64,000 nt of DNA from Erysipelotrichaceae bacterium. Its GTDB lineage: Bacteria; Bacillota_I; Bacilli_A; RFN20; CAG-826. The translations under genes and the position numbers were made by a program. A model generated the notes under the pieces. That model had not been told where the DNA came from, searched no databases, and was given only the letters and a program-made list of their open reading frames with translations. This document shows positions 38,283 through 47,830 of the stretch, in pieces. Where the stretch lies: the NCBI GenBank assembly GCA_015058945.1, contig SVBF01000007.1, positions 133,850-197,849 of the forward strand. Reading direction: 5' to 3'. Each line of letters starts with the position of its first letter. The stretch's first letter is position 1.

Positions 38283-38607
38283 GAAAGAATTATATCGCAT
38301 TAATGCTATATAAACAAGGGGCCTTGCGCAAAATTGCATCACGCGGTTCCGGTGCGCCTACAAATGTCGATATGCATCCAGTACATGCGTCAAAGATTCC
38401 CCGCACTGCTTCATTTGCATGGAACGTCCCGGACGAAACAACATCGGAGCACTACATAGTCATCGTGCTTCTGAACTGCATTGGTGGCTTGTAGTTTTCA
38501 GCCACCAACCTCGATTTTTTGCGAAAATTGGTATGAGGGTGGTATGGAGAGACGTCTGCTGTTCCGGATTTAATAAGCGCGATCGGGTGAATTTGGAGCG
38601 CAGGAAT

Positions 38608-38662
38608 CACGATGCGGGTCGCAGCAATGCATAAACTGACAAATACTGACAGAAACTGACAA
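38608..38662. repeat. Second partial tRNA-Gly 3'-end core (CACGATGCGGG) followed by three ACTGAC-type decamer repeats.
   Basis: Same organisation as 18808..18860. It lies 220 bp from the intact tRNA-Gly. Confidence 0.4.
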
Positions 38663-38880
38663 GAGGTTTCGTCATGGCTACGAATCCGTTTACCCTCATG
38701 TTTTCTCACAATCCCATGACGCAACATCGTCTCGGAGGTTTACTCCGACTTCTCCAGCCCATTTATAGAAAACGCAAGCCGTCCCCAGTGGCGGCTTTTT
38801 GCAAGGAATACACAAAAACTACACAAAAACTACACAACGGAAAAATAAAAATGCCGAGTTTATCGGCACTTTTTGATTAG

Positions 38881-38954
38881 TGGAGCACGATGCGGGAATC
38901 GAACCCGTATAACCAGCTTGGGAAGCTGGTGTTCTACCACTGAACTAATCGTGC
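38881..38954 (-). tRNA. tRNA-Gly (anticodon CCC).
   Basis: Cloverleaf GCACGAT/ATCGTGC acceptor, GTTCAGTGGTAGAAC D-arm, anticodon loop TTCCCAA, TTCGATTCC T-loop, encoded CCA. Confidence 0.85.
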
Positions 38955-38991
38955 GGGCAGGGATAAATCTAGCTGTTTTATCCCGTATTGT

Positions 38992-39783
38992 CTAGCCGTT
39001 TTTCTTTTTGAGGCGAACGGTCGCATGCCGCCTTGCGGCAAGGCCCTTCGCATAAGCGACCGCCTCTGCCTGGCTATCGAAGAGCTTCGGAGGGATATCC
39101 GAATTCGGAACACGCACCTGCCACTTACGGGTATCGGTACGCGCGGCAACATGATAGATTGCGGCGATCTCGCTGCGAGGAGTATTGGGATCAGAGATGT
39201 CCTGCGGCTTCTCGGTGACATAATCAAACGGCGCGGGTTCTTCTTCAACGGGTTCTTCCGCTTCTTCTTCAGGCTTAGGTTCTTCCGCGGGCTCGCTTTC
39301 CACGAGAGGGGCATCTTCCTCCGCGACCGTGGACGCCTCGGGGAGAATCTCCTCCTCCGCGGCTTTCGCGGCCTCTTCTTCCATCAAGGCATTAAGCTTA
39401 CGCTCGACGGCGTTCGCGGTATGGAAGAACTTGGCTAAGCCGATAAGCGCGGTGACGACGAAGGCGCCAAAGAGGATGACGAGCAAGAAGAACGAGATGG
39501 CGGAAGTATGGGGTTTCTTGATACCGAGTTCGGTACCCTTCTCCCCTAACTTACGAGAGACGCGGCAGAACCAGACGATCGGCACGATGAACAAGGTGAT
39601 GAAACCGAGGAAGAACACCCCCACAAAGTTCATCGACTTGCGGTAACCCTCCTTGCCCTCGTTCATGCGGTTGACTTCCTTGCCGAGGTGGGTGAGCACC
39701 ACCAACGGATAGATGAACAAAGTGAGCGGGCTAAGCAACAGGAATAAGATGACGGAACGATGGGTATGGCGGTACTTCTTCAT
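38992..39783 (-). CDS. Membrane protein with an acidic linker and a C-terminal DUF2188-like domain.
   Basis: Three N-terminal TM helices, an E/A/P-rich low-complexity region, and a C-terminus ...IAAIYHVAARTDTRKWQVRVP...FDSQAEAVAYAKGLA resembling DUF2188. Confidence 0.45.
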   Translation of the reverse strand: MKKYRHTHRSVILFLLLSPLTLFIYPLVVLTHLGKEVNRMNEGKEGYRKSMNFVGVFFLGFITLFIVPIVWFCRVSRKLGEKGTELGIKKPHTSAISFFLLVILFGAFVVTALIGLAKFFHTANAVERKLNALMEEEAAKAAEEEILPEASTVAEEDAPLVESEPAEEPKPEEEAEEPVEEEPAPFDYVTEKPQDISDPNTPRSEIAAIYHVAARTDTRKWQVRVPNSDIPPKLFDSQAEAVAYAKGLAARRHATVRLKKKNG

Positions 39784-39867
39784 ATGCGCACCTCGATTTG
39801 TTTCATTTTAATCAGTTTACGCATAGAGACAAAGAAAAACCGCGCTAAGCGCGGGATCTCTCAAGCA

Positions 39868-39943
39868 TGGTGGGTGCTACAGGGATCGAACCTGTGACCT
39901 CCTGTACGTCAAACAGGTGCTCTCCCAGCTGAGCTAAACACCC
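39868..39943 (-). tRNA. tRNA-Val (anticodon GAC).
   Basis: GGGTGTTTAGCTCAGCTGGGAGAGC...CCTGT-TTGACGT-ACAGG...GGTTCGATCC...CACCCACCA. Confidence 0.85.
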
Positions 39944-40084
39944 ATGCTCTGACGTAGGCCCTTTTTGGGGGCTTCGATATTATAGGTATCCTTGCTTCGA
40001 GGTTCAACCACTAATTTAAGGCATTTGCTTACCTATAGGTAACAAAGAGAAAGGCCACCATAACAGGTGGCCATGATCTCATTC

Positions 40085-40160
40085 TGGTGCCGGCTAAGAG
40101 ACTCGAACTCCCGACCTCTCGCTTACGAAGCGACTGCTCTACCAACTGAGCTAAGCCGGC
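40085..40160 (-). tRNA. tRNA-Thr (anticodon CGT).
   Basis: GCCGGCTTAGCTCAGTTGGTAGAGC...TTCGTAA anticodon loop...GGTTCGAGTC...GCCGGCACCA. Confidence 0.85.
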
Positions 40161-40242
40161 GCGAGAATTACTATATAATTTTGCCTCCCCCTGCGCAAGG
40201 ATTACCCGCGAGGTATATCATTACGCCAAAAGGCAAATCCCC

Positions 40243-40554
40243 ATGTTCGATTATTCAAAAGCCCAGCTCATCACCCTCCTCGCTTACGGAGGCTATTTGC
40301 TCCTCTTATCCCTCATCACCCTCCTCGCCTATCGCATCGATAAGCGAAAGGCCGAAAAAGGTAAGTGGCGTACCAAAGAGAAGACTCTACTCCTCCTCTC
40401 CTTTTTCGGAGGCGCCTTTGGCGGTTATCCCGCCATGCTCATCTTTCATCATAAGACCAAAGGAGAGCATTGGTACTTCACCTTCATCAATATCCTCGGC
40501 ATCCTCCTTCACGCCGGAATCATGGTCGCCCTCGTCTTCTTCATCCGTTTCTAA
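40243..40554 (+). CDS. DUF1294-family small membrane protein.
   Basis: RIDKRKAEKGKWRTKEKTLLLLSFFGGAFGGYPAMLIFHHKTKG matches the DUF1294 pattern. 103 aa. Confidence 0.55.
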   Translation: MFDYSKAQLITLLAYGGYLLLLSLITLLAYRIDKRKAEKGKWRTKEKTLLLLSFFGGAFGGYPAMLIFHHKTKGEHWYFTFINILGILLHAGIMVALVFFIRF

Positions 40555-40562
40555 GGCAAAGC

Positions 40563-40598
40563 AAAAGGCGTGCGGTTCAACACCAGCACGCCTTTTTG
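40563..40598. terminator. Bidirectional rho-independent terminator.
   Basis: AGGCGTGC-loop-GCACGCCT followed by TTTTTG, between convergent genes. Confidence 0.6.
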
Positions 40599-40603
40599 TT
40601 TGC

Positions 40604-43309
40604 TTAGGAACGCTTTGCCTTGGACTTGATGAAGAGAATCAAGGCGACGATCTCGTGGATGACTAGCGGCGAAAGCGCAAGGCCGAACACCCAGGCCCAG
40701 TCGGCCCCCTCAGGGGTATAGAGGCGGAAGACGTCTTTGACGCCCGGGGTGAAGATGACGAAGAACTGAAGCGCGAAGCCGAGGAAGAAGGAGATCCAGA
40801 GCAAGAGGTTCTTGTCCTTGAAGACCATCACGAAGCTCTTCTTCACGTTGACCATGCCAAGCATATGGAAGAGCTCGGAGAAGGAGAGGACGCAGAAGGC
40901 CATGGCCTGAGCGGTCTCCAAATGGGCCTTATCCTGGAAGTAGGCGATGATGTCCGCGTGGGAGAAGGCGCCGGCTTGCCAGGCGTTCACCATGAAGGCG
41001 ATGAGAGTGGCTAAGCCAATCCAAATACCATAACCGAACGTGATCGCGTAACCGCCATGGGAGAAGAGACTTTCCTTCGCGTCGCGCGGCTTGTCCGACA
41101 TGATGTCGTCGGGCTTCTTGTCCGCGCCTAAGGCGACGGCGGGCAAAGAGTCGGTGATGAGGTTGACCCAAAGGAGATGGATCGCGATAAGCGGGGAAGG
41201 TAATCCGATCGCCGCGGCGACGAACATACAGACGACCTCGCCGATGTTGGAGGAGAGGAGGAAGAGGATGGTCTTCTTGATGTTGGCGTAGATGCCCCTG
41301 CCCTCCTCGACGGCCTTCTCGATGGAGGCGAAGTTGTCGTCGGTGAGGACCATGTCGGCCGCGCCTTTGGCGACGTCGGTGCCGGTGATGCCCATGGCGA
41401 TGCCGATGTCGGCGGCTTTGAGGGAGGGGGCATCATTGACGCCGTCACCGGTCATGGCGGCGATGAGGCCGTTGGCCTTGATGGCCTTGACGATGGAGAC
41501 TTTGTTGGACGGGGAGACGCGGGCGAAGACGCGGACGGTCTTGACCTTCTCGCGGAGTTCCTCCTCGCTGCAGGCGTCGATCTGATCGCCCGACATGACT
41601 TGTTCCTTGCTTTCGGCGATGCCGAGTTCCTTCGCGATGGCAAAGGCGGTGTCGCGGTGGTCGCCGGTGATCATGATGGTCGTGATACCGGCTTTCTTTA
41701 GGGTCGCGACGGCGGGTTTCGCGGCTTCGCGCGGCGGGTCGACCATGCCGACCAAGCCGACGAAGATCAAATGCTCTTCCTCAAGCTGATCGGTATAGGA
41801 ATAGGAGAGGGCGAGGACGCGCAGGGCGTCTTCGGCCATGCCTTGGGCGGCCGCTTGGATGGCCTCGATATGCTTCGGGGTGATCTTCTCGACCTTGCCG
41901 TTGATCTCAATGCGGTCGCAGTGCTTGAGGATCTGGTCCATCGCGCCTTTGGTGTAGAGGATCTTCTTCTCCCCTTCCTGATGCATGGTGGACATCATCT
42001 TGCGGACGGAGTCGAAGGGCAATTCGTTGACGCGCGGGGTGGCTTCCTCTAGCTTGCCCTTAGGCATGCCGAGCAAGTTGCCGAATTCGACCAAAGCGAC
42101 TTCGGTGGGGTCGCCATAGACGCCGCCGTCGACTTTCGCGTCGGAGCATAGCGATAGGCCTTTGGCCAATAAAGTGAGTTCTTCGGGTTTGAATTCGTCT
42201 TTGTTGTAGGTCTTCTCGGAGACGAAGGCACGGACGACGGTCATCTTGTTCTGGGTCAAGGTGCCGGTCTTATCGGAGCAGATGACGCTCACGGCGCCTA
42301 ACGTCTCGACCGAGGCGAGGCGGCGCACGATGGTGTTGACCTTGACCATCTTCGTCATGCCCATCGCGAGGACAATGGTAACGACGGCGGTAAGGCCCTC
42401 CGGGATGGCCGCGACGGCCAAGGCGACCGAGTCGAGCAAGGCCTGGGACCACTGGTCGGCGATATTGTTCTGGACCAAGGCCCAGATGATCTTGACCACG
42501 AGCATCAGGATGACGATGCCGACGGTGAGGATGCCAAGGAATTTGGACAATCCGGCGAGCTTCTTCTGCAAGGGGGTCTGTTCCTCGCCTTCGCCGCTAA
42601 GCATGTCGGCGATCTTACCGATTTCGGTGCCCATGCCGGTGGCGACGACGACGCCTTCGCCTCGGCCATAGACCACGGGGGTCGACATATAGACGGTGTT
42701 CACGCGGTCGCCGATGCCGACTTCCTCGGAAAAGACGATGTCGGCGTTCTTTTCCTCGGGGACGGATTCGCCGGTGAGCGAAGCCTCGTCCGCCTTAAGG
42801 GAATGGGAGGCGAGCAAGCGAAGGTCGGCGGGGATGGTACGTCCTTCTTCGAGGATGACGATGTCGCCCGGGACGAGCTCCTCGGCCTTGATTTCGATGG
42901 TCTGCCCGTTACGGCGCACCGTGGCGGTCGGGGCGGACATGTTCTTTAATGCCTCAAGCGCCTTCTCGGCCTTCATCTCCTGGATGGTGCCGATGGTCGC
43001 GTTAAGCAAGACGACGCCGAAGATGATGAAGACGTCAGCGAGGGATTCGGGCCCCTCGGTGCCCTTCTGCATCCCGATGATCGCGAGGACCAGGGAGATG
43101 ATCGCGGCGATCGCGAGGATGCCGGTCATGGGGTCTTTGATGTTGCCCCAGAAGATCTTGTACCAGGGATCGCTGCCTTTCTCCGCGAGTTTGTTGGGCC
43201 CGTATTTCTCTCTGCGGGCGGCCACTTCCTCGTCGGAGAGGCCAATCTCGGCCTTGACGTCCAAAGACGCCAAAGTCTCTTCTTTGGTTTTAGTTTCGTA
43301 CATATGCAA
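40604..43309 (-). CDS. Calcium-translocating P-type ATPase (PMCA/SERCA-like, P2 type).
   Basis: 901 aa with the CSDKTGTLT phosphorylation site, TGDGVNDAPSLK hinge, PEGL and 10 TM helices. Confidence 0.9.
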   Translation of the reverse strand: MHMYETKTKEETLASLDVKAEIGLSDEEVAARREKYGPNKLAEKGSDPWYKIFWGNIKDPMTGILAIAAIISLVLAIIGMQKGTEGPESLADVFIIFGVVLLNATIGTIQEMKAEKALEALKNMSAPTATVRRNGQTIEIKAEELVPGDIVILEEGRTIPADLRLLASHSLKADEASLTGESVPEEKNADIVFSEEVGIGDRVNTVYMSTPVVYGRGEGVVVATGMGTEIGKIADMLSGEGEEQTPLQKKLAGLSKFLGILTVGIVILMLVVKIIWALVQNNIADQWSQALLDSVALAVAAIPEGLTAVVTIVLAMGMTKMVKVNTIVRRLASVETLGAVSVICSDKTGTLTQNKMTVVRAFVSEKTYNKDEFKPEELTLLAKGLSLCSDAKVDGGVYGDPTEVALVEFGNLLGMPKGKLEEATPRVNELPFDSVRKMMSTMHQEGEKKILYTKGAMDQILKHCDRIEINGKVEKITPKHIEAIQAAAQGMAEDALRVLALSYSYTDQLEEEHLIFVGLVGMVDPPREAAKPAVATLKKAGITTIMITGDHRDTAFAIAKELGIAESKEQVMSGDQIDACSEEELREKVKTVRVFARVSPSNKVSIVKAIKANGLIAAMTGDGVNDAPSLKAADIGIAMGITGTDVAKGAADMVLTDDNFASIEKAVEEGRGIYANIKKTILFLLSSNIGEVVCMFVAAAIGLPSPLIAIHLLWVNLITDSLPAVALGADKKPDDIMSDKPRDAKESLFSHGGYAITFGYGIWIGLATLIAFMVNAWQAGAFSHADIIAYFQDKAHLETAQAMAFCVLSFSELFHMLGMVNVKKSFVMVFKDKNLLLWISFFLGFALQFFVIFTPGVKDVFRLYTPEGADWAWVFGLALSPLVIHEIVALILFIKSKAKRS

Positions 43310-43417
43310 CTCCTAAAAACACGTGGCTATTGTAAACAATCCCCCTACGGAGGTAAAGGTTAATCACCATTCATGACCTTCATCTAAGCAAGGCGCGTTC
43401 ATGGTAAAATCCCTAAG

Positions 43418-43864
43418 ATGATCAAACCACGTTTTTCCATCGGACTGACCCCGGAGGCAAAGCTCATCCGCGAAGAGGTTTTCGTGCGGGAGCAAGGCTT
43501 CCAAAACGAGTTCGATGAGTTGGACGACACCGCGATTAGCTTAGTCCTCTTCCTCGACGATACCCCCATCGCGACGGGTAGGCTCACCAAGGTCGACCCG
43601 GCGACCTATCAGATCGGCAGGGTCGCGGTACGGGTGCCCTACCGCCACCAAAGGGTCGGATCCTACCTGATGGAGTTCCTTTGCGAGAAAGCGCGGGAAC
43701 TCGGGGCCAAGACGGCCTTGGTCCACGCCCAGCTCGATAAACGCGCCTTCTATAACCGCCTCGGCTTCTATGAGTTCTCCGGCGGCATCGTCGACGAGGA
43801 CGAAGGCGTGCCCCACATCTACCTCGCGAAGGATCTCTATGCCCATCGGCGTAGGTTCCGCTAG
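43418..43864 (+). CDS. GNAT-family N-acetyltransferase.
   Basis: Acetyl-CoA binding motif A region (RVAVRVPYRHQRVGSYLM) and C-terminal RLGFYEF. Confidence 0.65.
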   Translation: MIKPRFSIGLTPEAKLIREEVFVREQGFQNEFDELDDTAISLVLFLDDTPIATGRLTKVDPATYQIGRVAVRVPYRHQRVGSYLMEFLCEKARELGAKTALVHAQLDKRAFYNRLGFYEFSGGIVDEDEGVPHIYLAKDLYAHRRRFR

Positions 43865-43876
43865 AATAATCGCCAT

Positions 43877-44491
43877 ATGGAACGCGTTGTCGAAAAAAGC
43901 CAAAACCGCTCGCCCTATATCCTTCTTGCCTTGATGCTCGTCATCGCGGTGCTTGGGACCATTTTGTTCTTAGGCCACGGCATGGACACGGACCGCTTCT
44001 TCATCTCCGTCAGCGCGTCAACCTGCGCCTATGTCCTTTCGCTTTCTTTCCCCGTGTTCGTGTTGTTGGAGTTCCTCGGCCTAATGATCAACGGCGAGAT
44101 GAACTATGGCCTATATCCCTATGCCGGCGAACACCATAGCCGTAACCTGAAGATCAGCTTCGCCTTCTCGGTCCTTGGCTTAGCCATCGCCACCTTCGGC
44201 TACCTCACCTACCAAAACACAGACCCCGCCCTAAGCGTCACCCTGATCTCCATGAACTTCGTCCTGGGCGGAGCGGTCTATATGGGCCTAGAGACCTTCG
44301 ATGCCTATAAAAACGAAAAAAGCGGCACGAAGGATTACCTCATGCCGATGCTTTATCTCGCTTCGTTGGTCTTATTGGAACTCGTTACCGTCTTGCTCGT
44401 CTACCGTAATAGCGTCGACTTCTCGATGCTATTCGTGGGGGTTCCCCTCTGGCTCATCTGCCTTTGCTTCATCGGCAGGCAAGACGATTGA
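43877..44491 (+). CDS. Polytopic membrane protein, hypothetical.
   Basis: ORF with 5-6 hydrophobic helices. Confidence 0.4.
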   Translation: MERVVEKSQNRSPYILLALMLVIAVLGTILFLGHGMDTDRFFISVSASTCAYVLSLSFPVFVLLEFLGLMINGEMNYGLYPYAGEHHSRNLKISFAFSVLGLAIATFGYLTYQNTDPALSVTLISMNFVLGGAVYMGLETFDAYKNEKSGTKDYLMPMLYLASLVLLELVTVLLVYRNSVDFSMLFVGVPLWLICLCFIGRQDD

Positions 44492-45061
44492 TTCGCTTGT
44501 AGGCGACGAGGCGACCTTCGCCTCTTTTTTGTTCGCCTTGAAGCTAAGCAGCACGATCGCGAGCCACCACAAGAACAAGGCGCCCGGCAAAAGCATCTCA
44601 AGGAAGAAGAAGATGGTCGCGTGGGAGTAGCCGGAGGTCGGCTCGACCAAGCGCTCGACCGTCTCGAAATAGATCTGGCTCACCTTCTCCACGTGGTCGG
44701 TGAGCAAAGAATGGGCGATCGCCATCGAAGCCGCGCAGCCAAAGAACCCGGCTAGCCCGGCGATGCCGATGGCTTTGCCTTCGCGAAGGGTTGGGAATAT
44801 CGAGGCGGCGATGCCAAATAGTCCTAGGGCAAAGGAGAAGGCGAGGCCGAGCCAAAAGAAACCGTTCGCGACGCTGCCTTCGATCGTGAAGCAGCGATAG
44901 AGTGAGATGGCCGCGGATAGGCCTTGCTTGCCATTAACGTAGATATAGACGTATTCGGGATCCTTGAAGCCGATGAAAATCGGGAAGATCAATAAGGCGA
45001 TCGGCAAGAGCAAAAAGAGCAACGGGGGGAAAGAGAAACGCGCCTCGACCTTCTTTTTCAT
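44429..45061 (-). CDS. Polytopic membrane protein, hypothetical.
   Basis: Hydrophobic helices throughout. Its start overlaps the downstream gene's stop (ATGA at 45058..45061). Confidence 0.45.
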   Translation of the reverse strand: MKKKVEARFSFPPLLFLLLPIALLIFPIFIGFKDPEYVYIYVNGKQGLSAAISLYRCFTIEGSVANGFFWLGLAFSFALGLFGIAASIFPTLREGKAIGIAGLAGFFGCAASMAIAHSLLTDHVEKVSQIYFETVERLVEPTSGYSHATIFFFLEMLLPGALFLWWLAIVLLSFKANKKEAKVASSPTSESIVLPADEAKADEPEGNPHE

Positions 45062-45666
45062 CGCTTGCCTCCGTAATGACGTTCATAAAGATATAACAGG
45101 CTGAGGCGGACGTTAAGGGCGATGAAGGCTTTTTCGTCTTGCAGCAAGGCGGGTAAGTCCTTGATGGGATAAAGCTTCGCGCGGATATCCTCAAACGGTT
45201 CGAGATGCGTCGTGTCTTTGGAGGCGACCACGCCCGTCACCACCGCGACGAGCTCGTCGCTTAACCCGGCCGAAGTCGGCGAGGCGGGGCAAAGGAGGCG
45301 CAGGTCTTTTAAAAGAACCCCCGCCTCTTCCTTGGCTTCCCGATAGGCGGTCATTGTCTCGTCCTTATCGCCATCGTCCATAAGTCCCGCGGGCACGGCG
45401 AGGATATATCGGTTTAAGGCGGGGCGGAATTCCTCGATGAGCAAGACCGAGGGGTCCGTTTCTTCCGTCACGGCGAGAATTAGCACCCCATCGGGGCGTA
45501 AGGCGCCTTTCTTCGCGACGAGCAAATCGTCCATCTCCTTACGCGAGGCGAGGAAATAGGGATAGTCGCTTTCTTTCCCTTCGCGCCGCACCGCGTAATG
45601 GAGGACGTAGAAGTTAAGAAAACGATGGTTCGTCTCCTTATCGATGGACTTCAGTTTCCACTCCAT
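45058..45666 (-). CDS. NUDIX hydrolase (ADP-ribose pyrophosphatase-like).
   Basis: Nudix box GLMDDGDKDETMTAYREAKEEAGV. Confidence 0.7.
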   Translation of the reverse strand: MEWKLKSIDKETNHRFLNFYVLHYAVRREGKESDYPYFLASRKEMDDLLVAKKGALRPDGVLILAVTEETDPSVLLIEEFRPALNRYILAVPAGLMDDGDKDETMTAYREAKEEAGVLLKDLRLLCPASPTSAGLSDELVAVVTGVVASKDTTHLEPFEDIRAKLYPIKDLPALLQDEKAFIALNVRLSLLYLYERHYGGKR

Positions 45667-45669
45667 GGT

Positions 45670-46281
45670 CTAGGCCTTCTTGAGGAGGCTATCCTTCCGC
45701 TGCCTCAAGGTCTCGTCGATCGAAGAGAGCTGCTTCGATAAGGCGGCGACGAACTCCTCTTCGCTGCCATGGGATTTGGCCAAGGACTCGCGCTGTTCCT
45801 CATAGAGCTTCTTGCTCTTCTCGTCTTGGAGATAATAGCCGCGATCGACCCCTTCGACGATGACGCCGGAGAGGGTGAAAAGCGGGCCGAGGAAATTCTC
45901 GGGCGGATGCTCGTCTTGCTTCGCGGCGAAATTCCACGCCGCGAGCATGATGCATAAGTCGTATAGGGGGATGGCTTCGGGATGGGCCAAACTCTCTTTG
46001 TCCCATTCGGGCCAACGGACTTCCTTCGCCGTGCCAGGAAGGATGCGCCTTGAGGAGGCGACGTCGAGGAAGCTGATCCAGGCGATCTTGAAGAATTCGC
46101 CCCCGAGTTTGCGGTCGAGGAGGAAGACGTTGACCAGAATCGCCGGGACGGAAAGGTCGTGGGCTTCCGCGAAGATGGACTTATCCCAATCCTCGAACGC
46201 CTTGCTCATGAGCCCCATGACGGAGGCGAGGTTATATAGTTCGGCCTGATCGATTTCGACCGTCTTCTGCTCTTCTATCAT
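45670..46281 (-). CDS. Hypothetical cytoplasmic protein.
   Basis: 203-aa ORF with no recognisable motifs. It is tightly spaced with its neighbours. Confidence 0.4.
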   Translation of the reverse strand: MIEEQKTVEIDQAELYNLASVMGLMSKAFEDWDKSIFAEAHDLSVPAILVNVFLLDRKLGGEFFKIAWISFLDVASSRRILPGTAKEVRWPEWDKESLAHPEAIPLYDLCIMLAAWNFAAKQDEHPPENFLGPLFTLSGVIVEGVDRGYYLQDEKSKKLYEEQRESLAKSHGSEEEFVAALSKQLSSIDETLRQRKDSLLKKA

Positions 46282-46298
46282 AACGGTGTCAGTATACG

Positions 46299-47231
46299 CT
46301 ATTTCGCCTTCTTGGGGTAAAAGGGACCCTCGACATGGTCGAGTTCATTCGCGTGATAGATCAGCGTGAGCCTCATGGGCGATTCGGCCTCTTCTTCTAG
46401 TAAAGGCAAAAAGGCCTTGTCCCCTTCCCACATCGGGAGGTCCCTCATCTTCTCTTTCTTCACCCAGGCGAGTTCGCCTTCGTCGCAATCGATGAGTCCC
46501 CCTTCAAAGGAGGTCACCTTATAGAGGTACATGCGTTCGGGGGCGGCTTGGTCATTAAGGAAATCGATATAGCCGTAATAACGGTATCCCGTCACCGTGA
46601 GTCCGGTCTCTTCCCCGATTTCCCGCTTCATTGCCTGCACGGGGGTTTCCGCGCCTTCAAGATGACCGCCGATGCCGATCCATTTACCCTGGTTGACGTC
46701 ATGGTCCTTCTTCACGCGGTGCAACAAGAGATAGCTATCGCCTTTCTCGATATAGGCGAGCGTCGTGCGCGAAGATATTTGGCTCCGCCACGCTTCGATC
46801 TGCTCGCGCCTAGCGATGACCCCTAATATCTCCGTCACGACCTCATCGATCTCTTTCTCGATCTGCTTGCCCCAATAACGGAGGACGGTGTAGCCCTGCT
46901 TCTTTAAGGTCTCGTTCACCAACTTATCGCGACGGATGTTGCGACGGATCTTTTCGATCCAAAAGGCGGTGAGGTTTGGGCTTGCGGCGAGATTCTCCTC
47001 GAAGTGGTAACCATGCCAAAACTCGGAGTCGCAGAAAATGGCGATCTTAAGTTTGGCGATCAAGATATCCGGATGACCGAAAACCCGGCTGGAATATAAG
47101 CGATACCGCACGCCCTTTTCCGTCAGGGCCTTGCGGAGCTTCTTCTCGATGCCCGTGTTCTTGCCGCGGATCGCGGACATGGTCTTATGTATGGTCGCGG
47201 GGTCGCGTTTCATCTTTTGCCTCGAGGTCAC
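46299..47231 (-). CDS. vsr: Fusion of the very-short-patch-repair endonuclease (Vsr) and a MutT-like NUDIX hydrolase.
   Basis: The N-terminal 150 aa match Vsr (MSAIRGKNTGIEKKLR...GVRYR...GHPDIL...IAIFCDSEFWHG...FWIEKIRRNIRRD). The C-terminus has the Nudix box GGHLEGAETPVQAMKREIGEETGL and a MutT-like fold. Confidence 0.7.
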   Translation of the reverse strand: MTSRQKMKRDPATIHKTMSAIRGKNTGIEKKLRKALTEKGVRYRLYSSRVFGHPDILIAKLKIAIFCDSEFWHGYHFEENLAASPNLTAFWIEKIRRNIRRDKLVNETLKKQGYTVLRYWGKQIEKEIDEVVTEILGVIARREQIEAWRSQISSRTTLAYIEKGDSYLLLHRVKKDHDVNQGKWIGIGGHLEGAETPVQAMKREIGEETGLTVTGYRYYGYIDFLNDQAAPERMYLYKVTSFEGGLIDCDEGELAWVKKEKMRDLPMWEGDKAFLPLLEEEAESPMRLTLIYHANELDHVEGPFYPKKAK

Positions 47232-47274
47232 ATTGTACTACGCCTTGACGTGACTTTCGTACGATAATGGGCGC

Positions 47275-47829
47275 ATGGCCATCCGCATCGAAAACGCAAA
47301 GGAATCCGATTACGGCGAGATCCTCTCGCTTTATGCCAGCGCGTTAGAGTCAACGAAGAAGAATCCGACTTCTACCGACCCCTTCCTTTCCATCTTGGAA
47401 AAAGGCTTAGGCGAAGAAACGGTCTACGTCGCGAGGGAAAATCGCAAGATCCTCGGCTTCGTCCGCATTAGCCGCGAGGCGACGGAATCGCTTTATCCCG
47501 AGTCGAAAAGCTACGGCAAGACCATGAATCTCCTCGATGACCTAAACATCGGTCTAGAGGAAGTCATCGTCGTCAAAGGGGTCTATGTGGACCCATTAAG
47601 GCAAAACCAAGGCGTCGGCACCGAGTTGCTGCGTAGCCTCTATGCCCGCTTTAAGGAAGCCTCGTTCCTCTTGCTCCTTTCCCCCGAGCAAAAGAGGTTA
47701 CGGTCTTTCTTCTCCCATCGTGGCTTTGCTTATGCCTGTCCCTTCACCCTCGAAGGCGACCCGAACGAAAAAGACCTGCTGCTCCGCAAATACAAACCTT
47801 CCGGGCTATGCCGGGAAGCCAAGTGGTAA
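47275..47829 (+). CDS. GNAT-family acetyltransferase.
   Basis: RQNQGVGTELL acetyl-CoA motif, 184 aa. Confidence 0.55.
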   Translation: MAIRIENAKESDYGEILSLYASALESTKKNPTSTDPFLSILEKGLGEETVYVARENRKILGFVRISREATESLYPESKSYGKTMNLLDDLNIGLEEVIVVKGVYVDPLRQNQGVGTELLRSLYARFKEASFLLLLSPEQKRLRSFFSHRGFAYACPFTLEGDPNEKDLLLRKYKPSGLCREAKW

Positions 47830-47830
47830 A

